Assembly: GCF_009914755.1 (NCBI RefSeq)
Contig: NC_060927.1
Origin: the human T2T-CHM13v2.0 reference genome, Homo sapiens
DNA: 64,000 nucleotides
Reading direction: 5' to 3' (one strand)
Below are positions 42,104-55,490 of this stretch, one piece after another; within the stretch, counting starts at the first letter, position 1, and every line of letters begins with the position of its first letter. Under the pieces are notes generated by a model. It had not been told where the DNA came from. It saw only the letters and a program-made list of their open reading frames with translations, and did not search any database. Made by a program: the position numbers and the translations under genes.

Positions 42104-42716
42104 CTGCAAGAAAAAGAGTTGATGAGTCAGGTCTGAGCCACCAACTTGGAGCAATGAAAGTAAAAAGATTCAACAGCAGGGGTGGGTGGGATAGTGATGG
42201 TGATCATTAATCTTGACTGAGCATGGGCTGTGTCACTATGGATACTATGGTAGGTGTTTACATACATTATCATGTGAATTTCTTGCAATAATTTTATGAA
42301 GCTGATACTACATTATCCTATTTTTTAAACAGATGAGAGAAATAAGATTCAGAGAAGTCATCCATACAAGGTCACAAAGTCAGTAACAGTGCAGAAATTC
42401 ACCCAGGTCTGCCAGATTCTAAAACTCTCAACCACCCTGCTGAGTTGTTAGGGTAGTACGCTCTACCTTCCATTTTGGGGATTATTTGGGGGTGATTCAG
42501 GACCTCTCCAGAACATTTTCTCAGTTAAAGGGAGGGAGGGAAAGGCCCATGCCTATCTCTTACCACACCTACTCTTGACTGACACAATCAACACTCCATT
42601 CTTCCACTTAAGGCCTGGCAAGTAGCAGCAAGCTGAAAGAGAGCAGGACAGGTCACTGCAGATGAGCTACAGCGGAGCCAGCAGCTCCTGCAGAATCTGC
42701 AGTGCTGCCACACTGA

Positions 42717-42872
42717 ACACTGCCAGTCCTGGGCAAGGTGCTGCTATGCTGGACACTGCCAGTCCTGGGCAAGGCGCTGCTATGCTGGACACTGCCAGTC
42801 CTGGGCAAGGCGCTGCTATGCTAGACACTGCCAGTCCTGGGCAAGGCGCTGCTATGCTGGGCACTGCCAGTC
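42717..42872. repeat. 36-bp minisatellite ACACTGCCAGTCCTGGGCAAGGCGCTGCTATGCTGG x4.3
   Basis: Four near-identical copies, with degenerate sequence continuing to about 42957. Confidence 0.96.
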
Positions 42873-44824
42873 GGTCCTAGGTGAGATGATGAGGCCATAG
42901 TAGGCGCTATCCTACTGGGCGCTGCTGATCCTGGGTGAGCTGTTGCCGTGCTAGGCAGGAGGCCATTAAATAGCAAAGCCAGCAAGGCAGCTGGGGTTAG
43001 CTCCTTTCATCCAGCTCCTGCAGCTGGGAGGGACAATTCACAATGTCACCATGAAATAACTCTAAAGTAGTGGGAGTTTTATTTTGAGGGGTGGGGTGGG
43101 AGGAAGAGGTCATTTTTGAGATGATGATCACCCTGAAAGTTGTTCTTCTTTTGCCGCAAGCTGGGGATGTTTATAAAACCCTATCCCAGGGAGGGTAGAG
43201 TCATCCTCTGATATCAGCAGACAGTTGCTGTGGGGAATTTGCAGGGAGTTTACTGCAAAAGAGTAAACTTCCTTAACTTTGACTCTGATCACATTTATAT
43301 GACTGTGTAAGAACATAGGTGTGGAGGAGAAAAATCATGGCTATTTTCATCAGCCACACCCGGTTTAAGATTCCACCAGAACTTTAGTGAAAAGGGATTA
43401 ATAACAAACACTGGCATCACATTTAAGCTGTGGCTCCATATAATTGGTGATTACGATACAGGCATTTCTGTTTAACATTACTTAGTGAGCTGTGTCTAGT
43501 TTTCATTCCTGAAAGTGTTTTGGTTTTTGTCATTCCATTCTCTATTCAAAAGTAAAAGAACTTCTAAATTGATAAAAGGAGAGACTTGTTTTGAAAGGAC
43601 CCAACTGACAGTCAAGATGCTGGGCCCTCAGATGCTGCTGGAGGCAGAGCCAACTGTCCAGTCCTCCTGGAAATACTTGAGTGAGGAAAAATCATAAGCT
43701 TTAAAGATGCTCTGCTCTTGGGCCAGCACCTCCGTTTCTGTGACTCCATTCAAAGGAAACGATGCTAAAGTTAGAAGAGAAAGTTTACACAGCTATTCAC
43801 TTTTATCTTATTTGTAATAGTGAAAGTTAGAAGCAACATAAATGTCACTCAGTAGGAAGAAAATAAGTAGTCAGGTAAAATGTACAATTAGACATCTTAT
43901 TCTGCCATTAAATTATGTTTAAGAATATCTGAAACGTGCAGGTACATGTTAGGATATTATCTCATTCGTTCCTCAGCACACTCCAAATGGGCTATGATCC
44001 TCTCCGCTCCACTGGGCTCCATCCCAGCCACAATCTTGTCAAACCCAATGGTTGACACTCTGTCTCCATCTCACTCAGATGCTCAGTAGTATCTGACACA
44101 AGGTCCCACTCCCCTTCAAAGCACTTTCTCTTCTAGACTTTCCTGCTTTTACCAGGTTATTCATCTTCTCTCAACCTCCTTCTCTGCTCAACCTTTGCAT
44201 GCTGGGGCACCCTAGGGCTGAGTCCTGGGCCTCTCCCCAGCTCCATCTAATTTCTCCCAGGAGGTCTTAGTCCCATAGCTTTAAATATCATCTATATGCT
44301 AAAGACCCAACCCATATCCCCACTAGAACTTCTTATTCACTCATCAGATGTATCCGGAACAAATCCCAGCACATTGTAGGTATTTAAATATTTGTTAAAT
44401 ACATTTTGTGCAGCATACAAAATTACCTATTTAATGTGATCATAATTAGGTAAAACTAAAATACCCAAAGACAGGAAAATGACAAGAAAAGGTATCATGT
44501 TATTAATACTGATTATTTTGGGGGTTGTGGTACTCTGAGTAATTTTATTCAGCTGTATTTTCTAAAACCTATAAATACAATGGTAAAGAAGAAATAAAAC
44601 ATGAAAAACATAATCTAGTTGCAAAAAAAGGGGCAGGGAGGAAGAAAGTAAAATCTGGCATCCAAATAGAGGATGGATAGGGCCTTCTAAACACGCTCCA
44701 TACAACAGCATTATCCAGTCTCTAACATTTCATCACAAAATATCCGTGTACCATCCATTGTACTACCCACACTACTGTATCACTCATTTCATCTGGGAAT
44801 AAAGATTTTATAAAAATTAGACTG

Positions 44825-45252
44825 ATTAACTGATGAATGGATAAAGAAAATGTGGTGCATCCATACAATGAAGTATTATTCAGCTGTAAAAGGAATGAAG
44901 TACTAACACGTGGTACAACATGGATGGACATTGAAAAAGTGCATTAAGTGAAGGAGCTCAGACCCAAAAGGCCATGTATGATAGGATTCCGTTCATATGA
45001 AATGTCCAGGAGAGGCAAATCCATAGAGAAAGATGGTGGTTAGTAGTTGCCAGGAGCTGGGGGAGGAGGGGATGGGGAATTAATGCTCAATAGGTATGGG
45101 GTTTCCATTTGGGGTAATAAACAAGTCCTGGAATGAGATAGCAGTGATGGCTGCACAACACTGTGAATGTACTTAATGACAATTGTACACTTTAAAATGG
45201 TTAAAATGGTAAATTTTATGTTAGGTATGTATATTTTACCACAATAAAAAAA
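44825..45252 (+). mobile_element. L1M (L1MB-like) 3' end
   Basis: GATGAATGGATAAAGAAAATGTGG...TTTTACCACAATAAAA. Confidence 0.8.
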
Positions 45253-47937
45253 ATTAGACTGAGCATTTTAAAAAGTCTTGGGAGCTAAATATCTTAATCC
45301 AAAAGGCTTAAATTCCTTTCTTCCTTAAAAAATAAATAAAAGCAAAAACATGGCACTTTCCCAAAGAATAGCAAAAGAATGCTGGGGAGAGATACTTCTA
45401 TGTCAGGGTAAGAGGGTATGATGAAAACATATCACATAAAGCAGTCAGCTAAAAATGGAATTGATGGATGCTTATTTTAATATGAGTTAACAGAGAGTTC
45501 ACATCAAGACAAAAAGAATTTAGGCTAAAATTACTAACAGGGTCTATTTATAGGAAAAATTTGAAGTTGCAAATTGTTAGATAAGGCAAAATTAATTTTG
45601 TAAAAGTATGAAAATCTGGCAGAACAGTAAGGTTATGTAGAAAAATAAGTGGAAAGGGGATTAAAGTAGAAATGCAAAAAATAGAAGAATGAGTTAAGAG
45701 AACTGGTGAGGACAGAAGCAAGTTGCTGAGAAAAAGGAGAGGCCAAGACACTGACGGTATTTGATCTTAGATTTTTCAAAGACAAGTAAAAGAGAATGCT
45801 GGCAGGTCTTAGGATTGGAAAGTTCAGTGGTGGAAGGGATAAGGTAGACCTAGCTCTGTTTGTCAGGTGATACAGAAAGACTGAATCGGGTCAGAACATA
45901 CTGCTCAAAAAGTGAATAATGTGATCAAAATTGAAAGGAGCCGAAATGCTTCTAAAAATGTGCGGTGATATAATTTATCATCCAAACAGAGACTCTCAAC
46001 ACTGAGAGAGATGCAATTAATAATCATGCCAGGATAGCAGGAGAAAGCTAGGACTGTTCCAGGAAAAGTGGGGAGCAGTCACCCTACTTGTAGCCAACTT
46101 CAAAGTGTTTTTTGAGGATTACTTAAAATAGTGGTTCTCCACTCTATCAGAACAAATATCCGCTTTTTATAACACGTATTAACGATATCCCCATGCGACC
46201 CTGATCAAAATTCCCTTCTAATCACACATACACGTATGTGATAATTTCAAAAAGAAAATAAATGTAAAGCCTTAACTAAAGCATTACGGTGATATAGAGC
46301 GAAAGTGAATTATAAAAATATGGATTTCAATATGCAACTGTTCAAGCATGACCATTTCAATTTACATAAGTGCTCAGGCACATTAGATGACAATGAAATG
46401 GCAGATTCTTGCATTAACTCCTAATGCATGTTTAGATTTAAAAGTGAATGATGAAAAATCATGCTGTACAAGTAGCACAGCAAAGTGAAAGAGCACAGGT
46501 CTACAGTGGACACTAGAATATTCAAATAAAAAGATGTATTATATAAAAAAGAAAGAAGAAAATAACTTTAAAAGAAGATAACATAGCAAGACAAGTTACA
46601 GACCACTGAAGTAGAGAACATTTTTAGAAAGATGATTAATGTATTAATGTGGTGTTAAAACAATTCTCCGTTTTATGATACGGGGTTGAGTAGTAAGAAA
46701 ATTATCACAGTAAAATTTATCACAGGACTTCAAGGTAAAATCTCACCTTACCTTGAAATACACATTCAGTGAATGGTTTTGACAAAGGAACAGTGATAAT
46801 AACAAGAGACTATAGAGAAGACATGTGCTAGGATGAAAACAGCAGTCATCTCCAAAAAATAATGGAAATACATAATTTTTTTACAATATAGATTTATTAC
46901 TGTTCCCCAAAGTTTTAAAAAATGTGAGATGGCAATAAAACTCAATAAGATGCCTATATTTTATGCATCTCCATTAACTTAATACTATTTGCTTCTAATA
47001 TTAAGAGTTTTAAGTCTCCTCTGATCCACATTTTCAGAGCAATAGTGTAGTAACAGCACTATCTATATATACAATTATATGAGGTAATTATATATAGATA
47101 GAAATGTTATATTTCATTTAGTAGAAAATTTGTGCAGAGTAAATTTTTCAAAAATTTTGGAGGATAGCTTCATTCCTTTTAATCTTCCCTCTAAATGATG
47201 ACCATTTCTTCAATTACTGGGCTCTTTTTTTTTGTATTATTGAAGACTAAGGAACCACCGATTTATATATTTGTGGTGTCTGTTCTGGTAGGACTGTGAG
47301 GAACTGGGAAAAGATTCTTGCTGTGAAGCCCATCCTGTACCCCTAGTGCTTGCCCCCTAAATCCAGCAACACTCCCAATCACTGGGAAACCAAAAGGGCC
47401 CCCATGAATCTCCTAAGTGCCCCCTAGAGGGTGGTACTGTCTCTGTTTAGGGCCAGTGGCTTAAGAAAACCTCTGGAGAAGTGCCTAGAACCAGAATTTC
47501 TGGTTGAATATTAAACTTGGTATTGAAGAAAAAAGGAATGAAAAAAGTCAAAACTAAAGGTCACTGAAATTGCTCAATGTGAATAACATTTTTGCCAAAA
47601 TTCTCCTCTTTGAAGCACTCTTTCTTTTAAGGCTCAGATATTATTCTAGATTTTGTTGTACATGTTAGTCTACTTGTTGAAGCTCTGACCAGTGCTTATA
47701 TATACTAGGAACGGAATCCCTTTCTTAGTACAGGGGATGAAGTACCAAAGGCAGCTACAGAGGCAGTCAACAAATATTTACTGAGCTCTTTCTACAGGCC
47801 AGACCTATCATGGCTCAGGCCCTGTGCTAGGTTCCTTACACTGGGGATTCAGTAACTGATAAAAAGAGACATGTCTTGCCTTCATGGAGCTTACAGTTCT
47901 AGTGGAGAAGAAAAACATTTAAAATACTTATTTATAA

Positions 47938-48273
<336 letters not shown>

Positions 48274-50079
48274 TAAGTTCAAGTATAAAGAATTGTGAAG
48301 CCAGGCATGGTGGTACATGCCTGTAGCCACAGCTTCTCAGGAGGCTGAGGCAGGAGGATTGCTTGAGGCTAGGAGTTTGAGCTTTATTGTTCTTTATATC
48401 CTAGCACAAAGTTACTAAAATCTGAGGAATGAAGAAGAGGCTAGAACTAACAGCAACTGGGAAAAGCCTAAATCTACCAAAGGCCAGGGGTGGAGATGGG
48501 AGAAGGAGGTGGAGGAATACGAGATGGAAAAAGGAGGGAGCATCAGTAGCAAAAATCTAAGTTAGGCCAGCAAGGGCAACCTGTGTGTATTTTGGAGGGA
48601 AAAAGAGGCAAAGGCAAAGTGGATGGTGAAGATAAAGGAGGGAAGAGATTCCAGCTAAAGGAAATTTGGAAGTCATCCTTCAAGAACAGAATGGGACCAA
48701 GTAACTTTCCAGCTAACTCTTTTGTATACTAAATGAGTAAGGCTGCTTCTGCAAAGGCAGTCTTGAACACACAACTATTTTACAGCAAAGAGTCTGGTGG
48801 GGCAAAAAGAATAATTTCCCTTTCTATCACATTTGTATTGTTAACCTTAATGAGACAGAAAAGGACAAAAACTCAGAGCATTTTAAGATTCTGCCTAGAT
48901 TTTAAAAAAATAGGGTATATACCCCTAGAAAATGAAGTCATTGGGGAGTTTTAGAGGTTGAAAAGCATTTATAAAGAACATAAATGGGAAATATAATTAT
49001 AGGTCCTTCAGATGGGTAGAAAAGTTAGATAAAGGAAGACAGTCCGAAAGAAATAAGAGCAAAAAGAACCAAAAGAAGAACCATGACAAACATCCAGGAG
49101 GAACACAGTAATTTAAAACTCAGCCAGTATAAATAGACACGGCCTAAAAATGTATAATGTCATCAATCCAACCCAACATGAAGATAAAAGGAGTCTAAGA
49201 GATCTGCCCCTGACAAACGGCAGTGGCAACAAAAGATGGCACAGGAGCATTTCCTACGAATTCAAGGTGGCCCGAGAATCCTGGTGTCAGTGGCACCACC
49301 AGAGCTGCCTTAGTGGTCACCAGGGCTACTCTTCTCCCTTAAATCTTGTGACAGGGGGTCATTCTCCCTTCTGCTGTCACAGTCTAGGTGACCTGCTGGC
49401 TGGCCCTCTCTCTCTCACATAGTCAGAGCCTCGGTCTGCACTGCAGTAGTTTCATGCGGGTGTGGATAGCAGGAGCTGCGGCACTGAGGGGTGGCTGGGG
49501 GTAGGGAGGAGGTGTGCTTGGACCATCTGGGAGGGGAGAGCCAGGCAGACGGCTCCAGCCCAGTCAGTGTTTTCAGCAGCCCTCCGGGTGATTCTGATGC
49601 ATGCTCAAGTTTGAGAATCACTGTACTAGGTGGAATATATCACACATGTAATTAAATCCCTCCTTGCTACTCCAAGAGTGGTCTGTGGACCAGCAGCATG
49701 GCATCAACTGGCGGCTGGAAATGCAGACTCCCAGGCTCTGCTCCAGACCTATGGAATCAGCATCTGCATTTCAACCAGATTCGCCAGGTGATTTCTGTGC
49801 ACATGCATTTGCACTAACCAATCCTGTAAGGTGGGTGATCCATCTGAGGTCTGGATCTCCTCTGGGGGCTGCCAGTTTGGCTTTCCCTGGGCTCCTGAGC
49901 TTATGTCCTTAAAGTTAACCCTTTATTACCTGAAGTGACTCTCTGGTCCTTGAAAAGTCAAAGGCCTTCTCAGACTGAGACCACTGGGGCTGGGGCACAC
50001 CCACCGTTTGGGCACTCACTCCACCTCATGTCCGATGCTCACTGTGTGGATGTGTGATGACCCAGGACTACTCACCACC

Positions 50080-50493
50080 TGTTAGTCTGTTCTCGCATTG
50101 TTATAAATACCTGAGGCTTGGTAATTTACATAGAAAAGAGGTTTATTTGGCTTGTGGTTCTGCAGGCTGTACAAGAAGCATGGCACCAGTATCTGCTCCT
50201 GGTGAGGGCCTCGGGAAGCTTACAATCATGGAGGAAGGTGAAGCAGGAGCAGAAATGTCAGATGACGAGAGGGAGAAAGAGAGAGAAGGGAGAGGTCCCA
50301 GACTCTTTTAAACAACCAGATCTCATGTGAACTAACTGAGCAAGAATTCACACATCACCAAGGGGATGGTATTAAGCCATTCATGAGGGATCCATCCCCA
50401 TGATCTAATCACCTCCCACCAGGCCCTACCTCCAACCTTGGAAATCACGTTTCAACATGAGACTTGGAAGGAACAAACATCCAAACCATATCA
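50080..50493 (-). mobile_element. MST-type MaLR solo LTR
   Basis: TGTTAGTCTGTTCTCGCATTG...CCAAACCATATCA is the reverse complement of the MST LTR ends. Confidence 0.85.
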
Positions 50494-50569
50494 ACACCTG
50501 TTCATCCATGTGGCTTTCTCTTTTTGTTCTGTGTAAACCTTGTTTATTCCTATTCAGGTGGCAGCTTCT

Positions 50570-51420
<851 letters not shown>

Positions 51421-53516
51421 AATCTCTACAGGACAGGTCTGTGGTCCTCCACGGGAGAGGAAGTTCTCAGAGGGCAGGTACCACGTCTCTTCCTTGCTCT
51501 GCACCAAGCCTCATGACCTGACCTCTGGAGGTGGGCAAGTGTCAGAGCTGTCTTCAGATAGCCTTCCAGGGGCTCAGACCAAGGCTGATTTCCATCATGT
51601 AAGGCCCTGAATAACTGCATGGCCCTCATTAAGGCACTGGTTCTCTTGGGGGATTCTGAATGTTTCTTGGGCCTGATCACTACATTAAACGTCAGATGAG
51701 GAATCTTTCTCTCTTGCAGATTTCCCTTTTTAAGTAGCTCTAAGGATGCTAATGCCAGTTCAAACAATGATGAAGCTACCACTTTCTGGGTGCTACTTCC
51801 TACTAGCTGTGCTTATCCTTGTACCACACTGTGGGGCAGCCATGAACTCCAAGTCACAGAAAAGGAAGTAAGGCTTAGGAAGGTTAATTTCTCCATAGTT
51901 AGAAATTAGTAGAGCTAAAATTCAATCCAAGACCATTTGACTTTCTTTCCATTGCACAACACTGCCTCCTAAACTTGACCACTAAAGGATTACAAAACTC
52001 CACATATGAATTACACTCTGAATTCCTGGACCTCTGCTCACTCCAAGTAAGAAGCATAGCACAGAGAGCTGGAGGGAAGGCAGTTGGGCTGCTAGGTTTC
52101 CTTTGTAAAGGGTTGGGCTAGCCTGGCACAGCCAGCAACTCATCCATGGCAGAAGGGCCCAGAGTGGACTCTTTCAGGCCTAGGTCTGTGGGGTGGCCCC
52201 AAACCACACATTAGCTTAAAATCGGTCTTGCTGCAGAAGCAGAATGTGCATAGGACTCACACACATTTAAAGAGCTGCATCCTTTAGGCTGTTCTCTATC
52301 TCCTAGAGTTAGAAGACAGAAAGTATCTTACATTTTATGTCTTAATTTTATTTTAATTAACTGTATTTTAATTTTAATTTGAGGGCCTGAGTCTCCCCAA
52401 ATGAAAACCAAAGGGGAGGGGTGGGGTTGAGAGCCTTAGCCTGCTCTCCTTCCTCTACAGCCCTCAGCCTGATTTCCTTTCCCCTGCCCTGAGTACCATG
52501 AGCTACTAAAAATTTTCCTGCTTGGTCATGACATCAGATCTCACTTCCTGAACAGTAGGGATTGAAGAAAACGTTTTCATATTATCTAGGTTTTATATGC
52601 CTCCCCTGTATTCCTAACAGACTCCAGTCTTCCCTTAATGTGGATCATAGAAAACAAGGGCTAGTCCAGGTTGTAGAGACCACCAAAGTCAAACCCTTTA
52701 TCCTGCAGAAAGACAGGTGCAGAGGTTTAGAGTCACACATCTCATTGGCACAAACTCATAACTCAGTGCTTTCTCAATTTCCCCAGCTGTAAACAGAACT
52801 CAGAAGAGGGAACAGGGTAATTTTTATTTGTAGGCATCAACACAAAGTTCAGGCATTGAAAGGGGGTTCATGTAGGGGAAAGCACAGCACCAGGATGGCA
52901 GAGCTGAGGTCCATCCCGAGGTTCTGAGCAGGGGCCACTTTCCATCTGGAATGCCCCAGCCACAAGCACTCAAAGGTCATTAGAGTAAGTGAGTCACTCG
53001 GTTAAAGAATTTAAGGAAAGCATCCAAACTATGCATGCTCCACTCTGTGAAACAGCCTGTTGGCCCTTCTGTGGTGTGGGGAGACAGGGAAAACAGGGCA
53101 AAGGGCGGCCATTGGCCCAGGTGCACCTCGCCCCCTTCTGGAACCTTCCCTGACTACCTTAATTCTCCATCTAGTGTCCCCTGAAAACCAGATTGGGAGG
53201 ACAGTCTTCTGAAAGAGGAGAAGTGAGTCTGAGCCTTGGTTTATAAACTTCCAGTCTTAGAAAGACCGGGAAGGGTCAAGGGAACCTTGTGTTACTTCTG
53301 AGGGGCTGACAGACCCCATGTCCTTCCTGATATCAAGGCTTTAAGTGTCAGCCAGGGACCTGAACTAGAGATACTCTTTCCAGTGGAGTGGCTTCAGCAT
53401 GGCAGAAGGACACACTAGTAGCAAAAAATATTTTACTTATGGTCCAATGTTTCTCCTAGAAGTTTTAAAGTTAACAGAATTTTTTAAAGTACAGAGTGGG
53501 GAAAAAGACAAAAATA

Positions 53517-53560
53517 TTAGGTTGGTGCAAAAGTCATGTGGTTTTTGCAATTACTTTTAA
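53517..53560 (+). mobile_element. MADE1 (Hsmar1 MITE) fragment
   Basis: TTAGGTTGGTGCAAAAGT...GGTTTTTGCAATTACTTTTAA matches the mariner TIR. Confidence 0.75.
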
Positions 53561-54434
53561 CTAATATGTTAACACATTGATGTGTTTACTTCCTACATAT
53601 TTTTCTGAGTTACGTAATTTTTAATAATGAGCATGTATTATTTCATAATGACGCTAAAGATGATGTTAATGAGGATAAAAACATTGTTCATTCATTCCTC
53701 AAATATTTCAGTATCTACCATGTGCCAGGAAGCTTTCTAGATGTTGGAGATAAGGCAATGAGCAGAGAAAGTCCATCTCCTCCTAAATCTTCCATTTAGT
53801 GGTGGGGGATGGAGAAGACACTGCAATGTGAGATGGTAATACGTCCTAAAAGAAAAACCTCGAGTGGGGTGAGAAGATGGAGAGTCATAGGGCTGGGATG
53901 GTTGGGAAAGGGCCTCTAAGGAGCAGACATCTGAGAACAGACTTGAAGGATGTGAAAGGAGCGTCAGGTGAGAGGCTGAGGGAAGGGCTCTTCTTTTACA
54001 GAAGGAACAGCAAGGGTGAAGGCCCTGTAGCCTTGCTCAAAGAAGGGCCAGAGGTGGGTGTGACCACGGTGGGCTGAACAGGTGCAGAGTGGCAGAAGAT
54101 GGGTCTGAGAGCTAGGGAGGGGCCAGATTGGGTGGGGCTCTGTAAGACCATCCTAAGGAGTCTGATTTCAGCTGCAGTGTGAGGGGAAGCCATGGGAGGG
54201 CTCAAGCAGGAGACAGGTGATACCTAGTTTGACAAACATCATCTCCTTGATGCCTCCCTTGTTCGCAGGGACCACATCTCTCCCATTAGATTGGAAGGTC
54301 CGGGGTTCAAGGATGGGGTGTGTTTTCTCTTGTCAGTTCCTCCATCCTTCAAGAGAGGGCTAAGGCAGGAGCTGCAGGCCTTGGGGTAACTGAGAGCTCA
54401 GCTCCCTCCTGGACTCGGGCCTCCTGGGACTCAC

Positions 54435-54642
54435 CTTCTACTGTCAACTCCACTGTCACCTGGCGAGCACCACTGCCATTGGTGGCTTCACAGGTATACT
54501 TTCCCCTGTCCTCCTCATGGACAGCATGAATCACAAGGCTGAAAGTCCCCCGGATGCCGCAATCCAGCAGGAAGCGGCCCCCGCTGGTGATGGGTTGCCC
54601 GTTTCTGTGCCATGTCACCTGGGGCTCTGGGTAACCCCGGAC
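54435..54642 (-). CDS. MYLK: MYLK exon 5 (208 bp), Ig1
   Basis: Translates VRGYPEPQVTWHRNG...DRGKYTCEATN...ELTVE; ttgaag acceptor and gtgagt donor. Confidence 0.97.
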
Positions 54643-54879
54643 CTTCAAGAAAAAGAAGAAAGGGTAAGAGCCTGTATTTCATGAGTACTCTCTCTGTGTC
54701 AGGTATTGTTTGGAGTGCTTTACATGTGTTAACTCATTTAATCCTCATAACGCCCCCATTTCATCCTCATTTTACAGATAAGGAAATCAAGGTACAGAGA
54801 GTTTTGGCAATTTCCCAAGGTCTCAAAGGTAGAAGGTGGCAAAGTCAGGCATCCTGGGTCCAGAATCCACTATGCAAAT

Positions 54880-55490
54880 GACTCTCAAGCCCGGCTGCAT
54901 TTTAGAATCATCCAGGGGAGCTTTAAAAAAACACTAGTGCCCAGGTCCCACCTTAGACCAATTAGATTAGAATCCCAGGGGGCCAGGACTGAGTACGGGG
55001 ATTCTAGACCAGTGCTTCTCACTCCAACATGCTAATAAATCACTTGGTGATCCTGTTAAAATGCATATCCTGCTTCTACAGGTCCGGGCTGGGGCCTGAG
55101 ATTCTGCAGTTGGGACAAGCTCACAGATGCTACTGATGCTGCTGGTCCCTGGAACTCACCTTGAGTAGCAAGGTTCAGGACCTACACTGCCCAGCACGGT
55201 AGCCACTGGCCACAGGTAGCGATGGAGCACTCAAAATGTGGCCAGTGAGACTGAGTTGCACTGTAAGTGTGCATTACACACTGGGTTTCGAAGACAATAC
55301 AGAAAAGGGCAAAATATCTCAATAATTAAAAATATGGATTAGATGTTGAAAAGTAGTATTTTTGATATGTTGAATTAAATGTATTCAGATTAATTTCAGT
55401 TGTTTCTACTTTTTAATGTGGCTACTAGAAAAGTTACAATTACATCCAGGCCTTGTGACAGTCCTATGGGGTAGTGCTGCTCTAGACCAC
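54880..55490. mobile_element. Cluster of MER5 and MER3/33-type hAT remnants
   Basis: CAGTGCTTCTCA, GGGGCCTGAGATTCTGCA and GTAGCCACTGGCCACA motifs. Confidence 0.6.
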
